Part shown: in pieces, positions 1-14,742 of the stretch
Position numbering within the stretch: the first letter of the stretch is position 1
Layout of the letters: every line of letters begins with the position of its first letter
Source: Blastocatellia bacterium
GTDB lineage: Bacteria > Acidobacteriota > Blastocatellia > UBA7656 > JADIYM01
Reading direction: 5' to 3'
DNA: 64,000 nucleotides
Assembly (NCBI GenBank): GCA_044224215.1
Contig: JBGAKX010000005.1
Location: 7,350-71,349 of the forward strand
Made by a program: the position numbers and the translations under genes
The notes under the pieces: generated by a model
The model's database searches: none
What the model was told of the DNA's origin: nothing
What the model saw: only the letters and a program-made list of their open reading frames with translations

Positions 1-393
1 ACCTATGCGCTCGAGGTGATCGCAATCGCGGTTGCGATCCTTGGCGTCGCGAGCACGTTGCTGACACTCGTCCTCGAGCGGCGGCGCGAGCTCGCGATGT
101 TGCGGCTTGTCGGCGCCGATCACCGCCAGGTGCGAAAGATGGTCGTCATTGAAGCAGCGATTATCGGCGGCGTGAGCCAGGGCGTCGGGCTAGCGATCGG
201 AATCCTGCTGTCGCTCGTGCTCGTGTACGTCATCAACGTGCAGAGCTTTGGCTGGACGATCCAGTTCCGCATTCCGTGGGCGTTCCTTCTTCAATCGTCG
301 GTGCTGATCATCGTCGCGACCGCGTTGTCGGGAATCTATCCTGCGCGGCGCGCGACCCGGCTCGACGCATCCGCACAGACGGCGGAGGAGTGA
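1..393 (+). CDS. ABC transporter permease, FtsX-like C-terminal region (5'-partial, continues upstream of the window)
   Basis: Translation shows the C-terminal transmembrane helices typical of FtsX/MacB/LolE-type permeases (LVGA...RRATRLDA-like tail). The reading frame is open to the window edge. It is immediately followed by an AttH-like gene, as in attFGH loci. Confidence 0.7.
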   Translation, partial: TYALEVIAIAVAILGVASTLLTLVLERRRELAMLRLVGADHRQVRKMVVIEAAIIGGVSQGVGLAIGILLSLVLVYVINVQSFGWTIQFRIPWAFLLQSSVLIIVATALSGIYPARRATRLDASAQTAEE

Positions 394-398
394 TTCCA

Positions 399-1514
399 TT
401 GACGTTTGGACGTGTACTCGCACGGGTCCTTATGGTTCTGTTGACGGCGACGCTCGCCGTCGCCGAGACCTCCGACGGATGGCGCCAGGTTTCCCCCGGC
501 TACCAGCTGCAACTGCCTCGCGACCACGCGAGCCATCCTGCGTACAGGGTCGAATGGTGGTACTACACCGGCAACGTTGCCGGTGACGACGGCCGGCATT
601 ACGGATACCAGCTCACGTTCTTCAGGATTGGCGTCGATCCTGCGCCTGCGAATCCCTCGCGCTGGGCGGTTCGCGATCTGTTTGTGGCGCATCTTGCGGT
701 GACGGACATCGACGGATCGTCGTACGCGTTCGCCGAGCGCGCGAATCGTGCCGGGGTCGGGTGGGCCGGCGCCGCAACGGACCATTATCGCGTGTGGAAC
801 GACGACTGGTCCGCGTCGCTCGACGGGCAGACCGGCCGGCACGTACTCGATGCGCGAGACGGCCCGATCGGCGTCTCGCTCGAGCTCGAGCCCGTACGTC
901 CCGCCGCGCTGAATGGAATGCTGGGCTACAGCCAGAAGGGCGCTGACGCGGGAAACGCGTCCGAATACTATTCGCTGACCAGGATGACGACACGAGGGAC
1001 CATCGTCACCGGTGGACGGGCGGTCACGGTCGAGGGGCTCAGCTGGATGGACCACGAATTTGGTACGTCGCTGCTCGAACCCGGCCAGACCGGATGGGAC
1101 TGGTTCTCGATCCAGCTCGACGACGGCACGGACCTGATGGTGTTCCAGCTGCGCCGCGCGGACGGCGCTCGCGACGTGCATTCGAGTGGCACGCTCGTCG
1201 ATCCGACGGGCGCGTCCAGCAGCCTTCGATTCGGCGACTTCGACCTCGCGCCGGGCCGGCGATGGCGTTCGCCCGCAAGCAATGCCGAGTATCCGGTGGC
1301 GTGGCACGTCGAGATACCGTCGCGGCACCTCGGCCTCGACGTCCGTGCCGCGGTCGACGACCAGGAACTGCGGACGGACCGTTCGACTGGCGTCACCTAT
1401 TGGGAGGGAGCGATCACCGTCGCGGGCGAGCACGACGGCCGGCGCGTGACGGGCCGAGGGTACCTCGAGATGACGGGGTACGCGGGGGTGTCGATGGACC
1501 GGGTATTGCAGTAG
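399..1514 (+). CDS. AttH-like lipocalin/CrtC-domain protein (secreted)
   Basis: The motif RVEWWYYTGNV...GYQLTFFRIG is characteristic of the CrtC / AttH lipocalin-like family. There is an N-terminal hydrophobic signal-like segment (MVLLTATLAVA). GGAGGAG precedes the TTG at 399, and an alternative ATG lies at 432. The ORF-track start at 276 overlaps the permease gene. Confidence 0.65.
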   Translation: MTFGRVLARVLMVLLTATLAVAETSDGWRQVSPGYQLQLPRDHASHPAYRVEWWYYTGNVAGDDGRHYGYQLTFFRIGVDPAPANPSRWAVRDLFVAHLAVTDIDGSSYAFAERANRAGVGWAGAATDHYRVWNDDWSASLDGQTGRHVLDARDGPIGVSLELEPVRPAALNGMLGYSQKGADAGNASEYYSLTRMTTRGTIVTGGRAVTVEGLSWMDHEFGTSLLEPGQTGWDWFSIQLDDGTDLMVFQLRRADGARDVHSSGTLVDPTGASSSLRFGDFDLAPGRRWRSPASNAEYPVAWHVEIPSRHLGLDVRAAVDDQELRTDRSTGVTYWEGAITVAGEHDGRRVTGRGYLEMTGYAGVSMDRVLQ

Positions 1515-1536
1515 GGATGCGGGAAGTGGTGGTAAC

Positions 1537-1604
1537 CGCAAAGACGCAAAGATGCAAAGGCAAACATGTCTGTCTTTGCATCTTCGCGTCTCTGCGTCTT
1601 TGCG
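1537..1604. terminator. Long imperfect hairpin (12+11 bp stem with an 8-nt bulge, 13-nt loop) carrying three GCAAAG repeats
   Basis: cgcaaagacgca/aagatgcaaag pairs with ctttgcatctt...tgcgtctttgcg. It sits between the AttH-like gene (stop 1514) and the monooxygenase gene (start 1648). Seen directly in the sequence. Confidence 0.4.
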
Positions 1605-1647
1605 TGAGTTCTTCCTCGCGTGAGTTTCGCGCGACACTCACGCTACA

Positions 1648-2787
1648 ATGCGCCGCATGAAAATCACGATCATCGGGGGCGGCCCCGCAGGTCTGTACTT
1701 TGCGATCCTCATGAAGAGGGCCGACCCGGTGCACGACATCACGGTGTACGAGCGCAATGCGCCCGGCGCGACGTTCGGCTGGGGCGTGGTCTTCTCGGAC
1801 AAGACCCTCTCGTATCTGAAGGACAACGACCTCGAGACGCACGACGAGATCACCCGGTCGTTCGAGACGTGGGACAACGTGGACATCGTCCATCTTGGCG
1901 AGAAGATGACGATCCGCGGCAACAAGTTTTCAGGCATCGCGCGGATCCGTCTGCTGAACATCCTCCAGGCGCGCTGCGCCGAGCTCGGCGTAAGGATGCT
2001 GTTCGAGACCGAGGCCGGGGATCTCGACGCTCTCGCCGCAGACTGCGACCTGCTCGTCGGAGCCGACGGCGTCAACAGCGGCGTGCGGGCCGCCTATTCC
2101 GCTGCGTTCGAACCCTCGCTGGACGTGCGCGCCAACAAGTACATCTGGTTCGGCACCGAGCGCCTCTTTCACGGCTTGACGCTGACGTTTCACGACAACG
2201 CCGACGGTGTGTACGCGGCGCACTCCTACAAGTTCAGCAAGCAGCTGAGCACGTTCATCGTCGAGTGCGATCCCGAGACCTGGCAGAACGCCAGCTTTGC
2301 GGACCGCTCCGACGACGACACTCGCGCGTACCTCGAGGACGTGTTTCGGGAGGACCTCGGCGGGCACCCCCTGCTCTCAAACAACTCCAAGTGGATCAAC
2401 TTCCTGCTCGTCAAGAACCGGCACTGGCACACGAGGAATATCGTGCTGCTTGGCGACGCGCTGCATACGGCCCACTTTTCGATCGGCTCGGGCACAAAGC
2501 TCGCGCTCGAGGACTCGATCGCGCTCGCCGATGCGTTCAAGCGTGAGTCCGACGTCGAGGCCGCGCTCCGGTTGTTCGAACGAAACCGCCGACCAGTCAT
2601 CGACGAATACCAGGATGCCGCGCTCGAGAGCATGGTCTGGTTCGAGAACGCTCGGGCGTACGTGCATCTCGAACCGATGCCGTTTGCGTACGGCTTGATG
2701 ACGCGCAGCAAGAAGATCGACTATGACAACCTGAAGCGCCGCGACCCCGAGTTCATCTCGGCGTACGACCGCGCGGTTGCCAGGTAG
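1648..2787 (+). CDS. FAD-dependent aromatic-ring monooxygenase (UbiH/salicylate-hydroxylase superfamily)
   Basis: N-terminal GxGxxG dinucleotide fold (KITIIGGGPAGLYFA) and a GDALH(T)AHFSIGSG motif typical of the FAD monooxygenase DG/GD fingerprint. Length is 379 aa. Confidence 0.8.
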   Translation: MRRMKITIIGGGPAGLYFAILMKRADPVHDITVYERNAPGATFGWGVVFSDKTLSYLKDNDLETHDEITRSFETWDNVDIVHLGEKMTIRGNKFSGIARIRLLNILQARCAELGVRMLFETEAGDLDALAADCDLLVGADGVNSGVRAAYSAAFEPSLDVRANKYIWFGTERLFHGLTLTFHDNADGVYAAHSYKFSKQLSTFIVECDPETWQNASFADRSDDDTRAYLEDVFREDLGGHPLLSNNSKWINFLLVKNRHWHTRNIVLLGDALHTAHFSIGSGTKLALEDSIALADAFKRESDVEAALRLFERNRRPVIDEYQDAALESMVWFENARAYVHLEPMPFAYGLMTRSKKIDYDNLKRRDPEFISAYDRAVAR

Positions 2788-2806
2788 GATCGCGCCGCGG
2801 CTCGAC

Positions 2807-4195
<1,389 letters not shown>

Positions 4196-4295
4196 TTAAC
4201 GGGTTCGGACGGAGAAGGTCAAGGAAGGCGAAGATGAGGACAGGCCGCAGATTGACGCGGATTGACGCAGATTCGGCATGTCAGCGAATTCACCA

Positions 4296-8309
<4,014 letters not shown>

Positions 8310-8420
8310 CGTCGTATGGAACTATCCGGAATTGTCCGTAGCATAGCATCGAACGGACAAATGAGGGACGGCGCGAATTCCCCCACAACGTGGCGCCGCG
8401 CGCCGTAATATAGAGTCGTC

Positions 8421-9665
8421 ATGGATCTTACGCACACGTTCCAAGAGCTCGGAATTGCCCTGGGACTCGGTCTGCTCGTGGGTCTTCAGCGCGAGCGGAC
8501 GGCGTCTCTGCTGGCCGGGTTTCGGACGTTTCCGCTCGTGACGATCTTCGGCGTGCTCGCGGCGCTGCTCTCGCAGCAGTTCGGAGGGTGGATCCTCGCG
8601 GCCGGGTTTGTCGCGCTCACGGGCATCATAGTCATCGGAAACGTCGTCTCGCTGAAGCAGGGCGAGCGCGATCCGGGCATCACCACCGAGGTCGCAATGC
8701 TGCTGATGTTCGCCGTCGGGGCGTACATCGTCGTCGGCAGCCGCGAGGTCGCGGTTGCCGTCGGCGCTGGCGTCGCGGTGTTGCTCCAGTTCAAGGAGCG
8801 CCTTCATGGCATCGCGTCGAGGCTCGAGGACCGCGACGTCTTTGCGGTGATGCAGTTCGCCCTCGTGTCGCTCGTCATTCTCCCCGCACTGCCGGACCGG
8901 ACATTCGGGCCGTACGACGTGCTCAATCCTCACCAGATCTGGCTGATGGTCGTGCTGATCGTCGGCATCAGCCTTGGCGGATACGTCGCCTACAAGCTGT
9001 TTGGCGAGGGAGCGGGCACCGCGCTCGGCGGGATCCTCGGAGGGTTGATCTCGAGCACGGCCACGACAGTTACATACGCGCGACGCGCTGCCCAGCATCC
9101 AAACGGGACCGCAATCGCCTCGGTGATCATTCTGATTGCGTCGACAACCGTGTTTGGCAGACTGCTGCTCGAGCTGGCGGTCGCGGCTCCGTCGCAGTTT
9201 CGTGCGACGGCGGGTCCGATCGCGGTGATGCTCGCCACGATGATCATCTTGTCGGCCGGCGCGTGGCTGTACGGGCGCGATCCGAATGATCGCATGCCCG
9301 AGCACGACAACCCGTCGGAGCTCAAGCCAGCGATTGCGTTCGGGTTGCTCTACGGCGTCGTGCTCTTTGCGGTCGCGGCGGCAAAGGAGAATTTCGGTAC
9401 GAGCGGTCTGTATGTCGTCGCTGCGCTGTCGGGCCTGACGGACGTCGACGCCATCACGCTGTCGAGCGCCCGGCTTGTGAGCACCGGGTCGATGTCGACG
9501 GCGGACGGCTGGCGCGTCGTGCTGGTCGCCGCGTGTTCAAACCTCGCGTTCAAGGCCGGAACCGTGGCGGTGCTGGGCACGTGGAAGCTGTTCCGAGTCG
9601 TCGGCACGCTGTTCGCCGTCGCGATGGCCGTGGCGGCGATCGTGTTCGTCGTCTGGCGGGACTAG
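8421..9665 (+). CDS. MgtC/SapB-family N-terminal domain plus DUF4010 integral membrane protein
   Basis: N-terminal LGIALGLGLLVGLQRE signature of the MgtC family, followed by many TM helices. Length is 414 aa. Its stop codon overlaps the stop of the convergent citrate synthase gene (shared CTAG). Confidence 0.65.
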   Translation: MDLTHTFQELGIALGLGLLVGLQRERTASLLAGFRTFPLVTIFGVLAALLSQQFGGWILAAGFVALTGIIVIGNVVSLKQGERDPGITTEVAMLLMFAVGAYIVVGSREVAVAVGAGVAVLLQFKERLHGIASRLEDRDVFAVMQFALVSLVILPALPDRTFGPYDVLNPHQIWLMVVLIVGISLGGYVAYKLFGEGAGTALGGILGGLISSTATTVTYARRAAQHPNGTAIASVIILIASTTVFGRLLLELAVAAPSQFRATAGPIAVMLATMIILSAGAWLYGRDPNDRMPEHDNPSELKPAIAFGLLYGVVLFAVAAAKENFGTSGLYVVAALSGLTDVDAITLSSARLVSTGSMSTADGWRVVLVAACSNLAFKAGTVAVLGTWKLFRVVGTLFAVAMAVAAIVFVVWRD

Positions 9666-10951
9666 GTCCGCTCCGAAATCCCGACGTAGTCCCGAATCTC
9701 GATCCCCGTATAGATCTGCCGCGGACGCGCGATCTTCTGATCCGAGTCCGTCAGCATCTCCTGCCACTGCGCCAGCCATCCGCACGTCCGCCCGATCGCG
9801 AACAGCACCGGGAACAGGTCGAGCGGGAACCGCATCGCCTGGTAGATCAGGCCCGAATAGAAGTCCACGTTCGGGTAGAGCTTGCGCTTGATGAAGTACT
9901 CCTCGTTGAGCGCGATCTTCTCGAGCTCCAGCGCGATGTCGAGCAGCGGATTGCGTCCCGTGACCTCAAAGACCTGGTACGCCACCTCCTTGATGATCGT
10001 CGCCCGCGGGTCGTAGTTCTTGTAGACGCGGTGGCCAAATCCCATCAGCCGCTTCTCGCCAGCCTTGACGCGCGCAATGTAGTCCGGGATGTTCGCGACC
10101 GAACCGATCTCGGTCAGCATCCGCAACACCTGCTCGTTTGCGCCGCCGTGCAGCGGTCCGTAGAGCGCGGCAACCGCCCCAGCCATCGCTGAGTACGGGT
10201 CGACATCCGAGCTGCCGATACTGCGCATCGCATTCGTGGAGCAGTTCTGCTCGTGGTCCGCGTGAAGGATGAACAGCACGTCGAGCGCGCGCTCGAGCAC
10301 GGGATCCGGCGTGTACTTGATCTCGGTCATCTTGAACATCATGTTCAGGAAATTGCCCGTGTAGCTGAGATCGTTGTCCGGATACGAAAACGGCATGCCG
10401 ACGCTGTGCCGGTACGCAAACGCCGCAAGCGTCGGCATCTTGGCGATCAGCCGATTGATCTGCTTCTGCCGCGCGCCCTCGTCGAAGATCCGCTTCGCAT
10501 CGGGGTAGAACGTCGACAGCGCGGCAACCGTCGAGCAGAGCATCCCCATCGGGTGTGCGTCGTGGTGAAACCCGTCGATCAGCTTCTTGATGTTCTCGTG
10601 AATGATCGTGTGGTGCGTGATCTCGTGCGTCCACGCCGCAAGCTGCGCCGAATTCGGCAGTTCGCCGTTCAGGATCAGGTACGCGGTCTCGAGATACGTC
10701 GACTTGTGGGCGAGCTGCTCTATGGGATAGCCCCGATACCTCAGAATCCCCTTGTCACCGTCGATGAACGTCACACTGCTCTTGCACGACGCCGTGTTCG
10801 TAAACGCCGGGTCGTACGTCATGAGGCCGAAATCATCCTCCGACGACTTGATCTGTCTGAGATCCATCGCCTTGATCGTTCCGTCGGCGATGGGCACCTC
10901 GTACGTCTTACCGGTTCGATTGTCGGTTATCGTGAGGGTATCGTTCGCCAT
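9662..10951 (-). CDS. gltA: Citrate synthase (type II)
   Basis: Full-length 429 aa. It carries the classic citrate synthase catalytic-His region and overall collinearity (GYGHRVYK..DPR, HGGANE motifs). Confidence 0.9.
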   Translation of the reverse strand: MANDTLTITDNRTGKTYEVPIADGTIKAMDLRQIKSSEDDFGLMTYDPAFTNTASCKSSVTFIDGDKGILRYRGYPIEQLAHKSTYLETAYLILNGELPNSAQLAAWTHEITHHTIIHENIKKLIDGFHHDAHPMGMLCSTVAALSTFYPDAKRIFDEGARQKQINRLIAKMPTLAAFAYRHSVGMPFSYPDNDLSYTGNFLNMMFKMTEIKYTPDPVLERALDVLFILHADHEQNCSTNAMRSIGSSDVDPYSAMAGAVAALYGPLHGGANEQVLRMLTEIGSVANIPDYIARVKAGEKRLMGFGHRVYKNYDPRATIIKEVAYQVFEVTGRNPLLDIALELEKIALNEEYFIKRKLYPNVDFYSGLIYQAMRFPLDLFPVLFAIGRTCGWLAQWQEMLTDSDQKIARPRQIYTGIEIRDYVGISERT

Positions 10952-11100
10952 CAGCAGCTCCTTCTACGGCTCGTGTTCCCGGTGGAGGGTGTTTTTGGGC
11001 GGAGGGAGCATATACTTTGCGCCCGTCAAACGGCAACCGCTCGCCCGAGTCACCTGCAACGGCGCGCGTGCGGCGCGCAATCGTTGCTAACAGCCCGACT

Positions 11101-12633
11101 CTAAAGCTCTTTTACCTGAAACGAGTGCCGCAGCCACGACGCGTCGTCGCGCTCCGGGAAGTCAGAACGGAAATGGCTGCCGCGGCTCTCGGTCCGCGAA
11201 AGTGCGGAGCGCGCGATGAGTCTGCCGAGCGTGACAAAGTTCCACGATGTCGTGTTCAGCGGCCGCCGCCCGATCTCCTCGAGCCGGTCGATCGCGCGTT
11301 CGAGCCCGCCGCGGTCCCGTACGATTCCCACATCGTCCCACATGACCTGGCGCACTTCGCCTCGCACCTGGTCATCGATGCGCCAGTTCTGCGCCTCGCC
11401 AAAGTCGGTGTCGGGCGGCTGCGCAAACTCGATCGCGTCAGGCGCCTCGCGCGCCGCGGCCGCGCCCGCGCGCGCTCCGAACACCAGCCCCTCGAGCAGC
11501 GAATTCGACGCGAGCCGGTTCGCGCCGTGCACACCCGTGCACGTGACTTCGCCGGCCGCGTACAGGCCGGGGACGCTCGTGCGACCCTCGTCGTCGGTGC
11601 GCACGCCGCCCATGCAGTAGTGCGCAGCGGGACTGACCGGGATCGGATCTCGGGCAATGTCGATGTTGTAGAGCATGCACGTGCTGCGGATCCGCGGAAA
11701 CCGCTCGCGCACGAAGGCGTGGTCGAGCGCCGTCATGTCCAGATAGACGCGGTCTGTGTGCGTTCGCCGCATCTCGAAGATGATCGAGCGGCTGACGACG
11801 TCGCGCGGTGCGAGCTCGGCGGCCGGATGGTAGTTCGGCATGAAGCGGTCGCCCGCCTCGTTTCTGAGGATGCCGCCCTCACCGCGCAACGCCTCCGATA
11901 TCAGGAATCTCGGCGCTCCCGGCGCGTTGAGCGCCGTCGGGTGGAACTGCACGAACTCCATGTCCGCCATCACGGCGCCCGCGCGGTACGACATCGCCAT
12001 GCCGTCGCCCGTCGCGACGTCGGGATTTGTGGTGTGCTCGTACAACTGACCGGCACCGCCCGTCGCAAGGACGACGGCCCGGCCGTAGATCGCCTTGATG
12101 CGCTGCGACTCGGGATCGACGTAGGTCACTCCGACGCAGCGGCCGTCCTTGAGAATCAGCGACTGCGTGCATGCATGCGTCAGGTACCCGATGTTCTCGA
12201 AGTCGCGCGACCACGTGAGCAGCGCGCGACCGATCTCGCGGCCCGTCGAGTCGCCGTGCGCGTGCAGGATGCGGCGGCGCGAGTGCGCGGCCTCCTTGGT
12301 GAAGTTCAGCAGGCCTTCATCGCGGTCGAACTCGGCGCCGTGATGAATCAGTTCGAGAATGTATCGCGGACCCTCCTCGACGAGGACCTGCACGACGCTT
12401 GCGTCGCACAGACCCGCGCCGGCGTCGAGCGTGTCCTGCACGTGAAGCTCGATTCGGTCGTCGTCGTTGAGCACGACGGCGATGCCGCCCTGGGCATACT
12501 GCGTGTTGGACTCGTCGATCTGGTCCTTGGTCAGCAATGTCACCCGGCCGGCGGGTGCCAGCGAGATGGCGCTGCGCAAGCCGGCGATTCCACTCCCGAT
12601 GACAATGAAGTCGGTGTGCTCGGCTTCGTGCAT
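11101..12633 (-). CDS. nadB: L-aspartate oxidase
   Basis: FAD-binding GSGIAG, and fumarate reductase/succinate dehydrogenase flavoprotein-like motifs (HYCMGGV, RLASNSLLEGLVFG). The ORF-track N-terminal extension to 12966 was rejected. The ATG at 12633 gives a canonical 511-aa NadB, and the extension would overlap the upstream gene. Confidence 0.85.
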   Translation of the reverse strand: MHEAEHTDFIVIGSGIAGLRSAISLAPAGRVTLLTKDQIDESNTQYAQGGIAVVLNDDDRIELHVQDTLDAGAGLCDASVVQVLVEEGPRYILELIHHGAEFDRDEGLLNFTKEAAHSRRRILHAHGDSTGREIGRALLTWSRDFENIGYLTHACTQSLILKDGRCVGVTYVDPESQRIKAIYGRAVVLATGGAGQLYEHTTNPDVATGDGMAMSYRAGAVMADMEFVQFHPTALNAPGAPRFLISEALRGEGGILRNEAGDRFMPNYHPAAELAPRDVVSRSIIFEMRRTHTDRVYLDMTALDHAFVRERFPRIRSTCMLYNIDIARDPIPVSPAAHYCMGGVRTDDEGRTSVPGLYAAGEVTCTGVHGANRLASNSLLEGLVFGARAGAAAAREAPDAIEFAQPPDTDFGEAQNWRIDDQVRGEVRQVMWDDVGIVRDRGGLERAIDRLEEIGRRPLNTTSWNFVTLGRLIARSALSRTESRGSHFRSDFPERDDASWLRHSFQVKEL

Positions 12634-12715
12634 CGGGCGGATTATGCGCGCCGGCCCCGCACCACGCAACACGGATGAAATTCCGTGTTGCCCATGCGTG
12701 TCCGGGCCACGCGCC

Positions 12716-14572
12716 TCACCGGCGGTCCAGCCAGAGCCACCGTGCGCGGTGTGCCTTCTGCGCGGGCGTCGCGTCATCGCTCGCAACCAGCTTGCACACG
12801 ACGCGCGACGGCGCCTCGGGAACAAGGAGCTCGACGGTGTTCCCGTCACGAGATACCTCGAGCGCCGCAGGATCCTGCGGACCCTTCGAGAAGAGCTCGC
12901 GGGTCGAGGCGAGCGTCGCGGGGCGACCGTCGATTCGAAGCACGACGTCGCCCTTCCGCAATCCAATGCTCGCCGCGGGTCCGTCGTCGTCCACTGCCGT
13001 CACGACGATCTCCGATCCGGACGTCGAGACGCGAACTCCATACTCGACCGACGTCGTCCGACGCTCTCGCTCGAGGCTGAGACCGACGTCCTTGAAAGCA
13101 GCGTCGTAGTCGAGTTCGGCGGTTCCTGAGACGTACTTCGCAAAGAACCCGGCACAGTCCGATCCTGCAACCTCGTTCACCGCGCTCCGAAAATCGATGC
13201 CTCGATATCCTCGTCCCGGCGCGTATTCGGGATGCGCATCCGGCGCATACGCGTACCTGTCGAGCAGCAGGCGCATCACGTCGTCGAGCGACCGCTCGCC
13301 GTTCGTCCGGCGACGGATCTCGAGGTCCAGAAGCAGTGCCACGATCTCGCCCTTGTTGTAGTAGTCGACCGTGGTTCGCATCGCGTCCGTGCGCTGTCGG
13401 GGCGCAACGCCGAGAAACAGCCACGTGTCGAAGCTCGCGCGCTCGAGACTCATCACGGAACGGCCGGGCCTGTTCTCGAGAATGCCGATTTCGTCCGAGA
13501 ACCGATCGAGCATCGGGTCGAGCGACAGGATTCCTGCGCGCGCAAGCGTCAGGTCGCCGTAGTAGCAGGTCAGCCCCTCGACGATCCACAGGCTGGTCGA
13601 GTAGTTCTCGCGGGTGTAGTCGAATGGACCGAGCTCGGCGGGCCGCAACCGCTTGCCGTTCCACAGATGAAAGTGCTCGTGCGAAATCACGCCGAGCAGC
13701 CGGCGGTATTCGTCGTCGTTGCGGCTGTGCAGTTCGCCGGGCTCGACGATCACCGCCGAGTTGAAGTGTTCCATGCCGTCGGGCGCGTCGGCGTCTGACG
13801 CGAGGTGTACGAGAAACAAGTATCGATCGAGGTCCTGTGGCGTGCCCAGCATCGCGTGCTGTGTTTCAGCGATCTTCCGCACGTCCGACGCCAACTGTTT
13901 GAGCGGCTTTCGTTCGTCGAGCTGATGCGTCACCAGGCGGTAGGGGCGACCGCCGACGGCAAACTCGGCGACGTCGAGATCCGGCGCTGCCTCCGTTGGC
14001 GTGTCGGCGAGCAGGTCGTAGTTCGGGAAGTCGAGTTCGGATAAGTCGGGGCGTTGCGAGCGCCCGTTCTCGACCCGCCAACCCCGCGGCGCAACGATCG
14101 AGAGAGTGACGGGTGTCGTCTTTCGCCCGACGACATACATGAAGGCAGACGGACCGTTGACGCTGGCATGCTGCTCGTTCAGCTGGCTGAACGTCCCCGA
14201 GAGATTGTCGGCGAACACGCGATACGAAAAGTCGACGCGGCCGGCGTCCAGGGGAATGACTCGCCAGGTCTGCTTGTCGACCTTGACGACCTCGAGCGGC
14301 GCGCCGTTCTCGGTCGCGGAGACATCATGAACGTTGCGCGCAAAGTCGTAGATCACATACCGGCCCGGAGACCATGCCGGCATCTGAAACTCCATGGGAC
14401 GTCCATCCGTCGATGCACGGATTCGCACGAAGAACTGGTGCGATGCCGGTGCGGGCATCGTCAAGGTGTAGTCGATCCGCTCGGTCTCGTTTACGCGACC
14501 GCCAGCGGGCACCCACGCGCAACCCAGAATCAGTGCGAATGCGAGGACGCGTCGTATGCTCCGGCGAATCAC
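12716..14572 (-). CDS. M61-family glycyl aminopeptidase with C-terminal PDZ domain (secreted)
   Basis: HEHFH zinc-binding motif plus downstream E. A PDZ-like C-terminus (GLRKGDVVLRIDG). The GTG at 14572 gives a clean signal peptide (VIRRSIRRVLAFALILGCAWVPA). The ORF-track ATG at 14653 is also possible. Confidence 0.75.
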   Translation of the reverse strand: MIRRSIRRVLAFALILGCAWVPAGGRVNETERIDYTLTMPAPASHQFFVRIRASTDGRPMEFQMPAWSPGRYVIYDFARNVHDVSATENGAPLEVVKVDKQTWRVIPLDAGRVDFSYRVFADNLSGTFSQLNEQHASVNGPSAFMYVVGRKTTPVTLSIVAPRGWRVENGRSQRPDLSELDFPNYDLLADTPTEAAPDLDVAEFAVGGRPYRLVTHQLDERKPLKQLASDVRKIAETQHAMLGTPQDLDRYLFLVHLASDADAPDGMEHFNSAVIVEPGELHSRNDDEYRRLLGVISHEHFHLWNGKRLRPAELGPFDYTRENYSTSLWIVEGLTCYYGDLTLARAGILSLDPMLDRFSDEIGILENRPGRSVMSLERASFDTWLFLGVAPRQRTDAMRTTVDYYNKGEIVALLLDLEIRRRTNGERSLDDVMRLLLDRYAYAPDAHPEYAPGRGYRGIDFRSAVNEVAGSDCAGFFAKYVSGTAELDYDAAFKDVGLSLERERRTTSVEYGVRVSTSGSEIVVTAVDDDGPAASIGLRKGDVVLRIDGRPATLASTRELFSKGPQDPAALEVSRDGNTVELLVPEAPSRVVCKLVASDDATPAQKAHRARWLWLDRR

Positions 14573-14742
14573 GATCTGGCAGTAGCTCCGTCGAATGGTT
14601 TCGCAGCGCGGCAACGATAGCCGACGTCGTCGTCGAACCCAACGATCCTGCACGAACGCATGACTGTCGTCGAGTGAAGGATTTGACTGGCCGCCGCGTT
14701 CAGAACTGTAAACCAGTCTTTACATGAAGGAGCATCAAGCCA

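Noticed and set aside
336-1637. 433-aa minus-strand ORF antisense to the AttH-like gene
   Set aside because: Arg/Pro-rich low-complexity translation typical of antisense frames in high-GC DNA. The sense strand carries a recognisable conserved domain.
9655-9670. Overlap of convergent gltA and MgtC-like gene stops (shared CTAG)
   Set aside because: Real but trivial. Convergent stop overlap is common in compact genomes and does not indicate a special element.
11017-12678. 553-aa ORF antisense to nadB, and the nadB N-terminal extension to 12966
   Set aside because: nadB has unambiguous flavoprotein motifs. An ATG at 12633 gives the canonical length. The extension is Arg-rich and overlaps the upstream peptidase gene.
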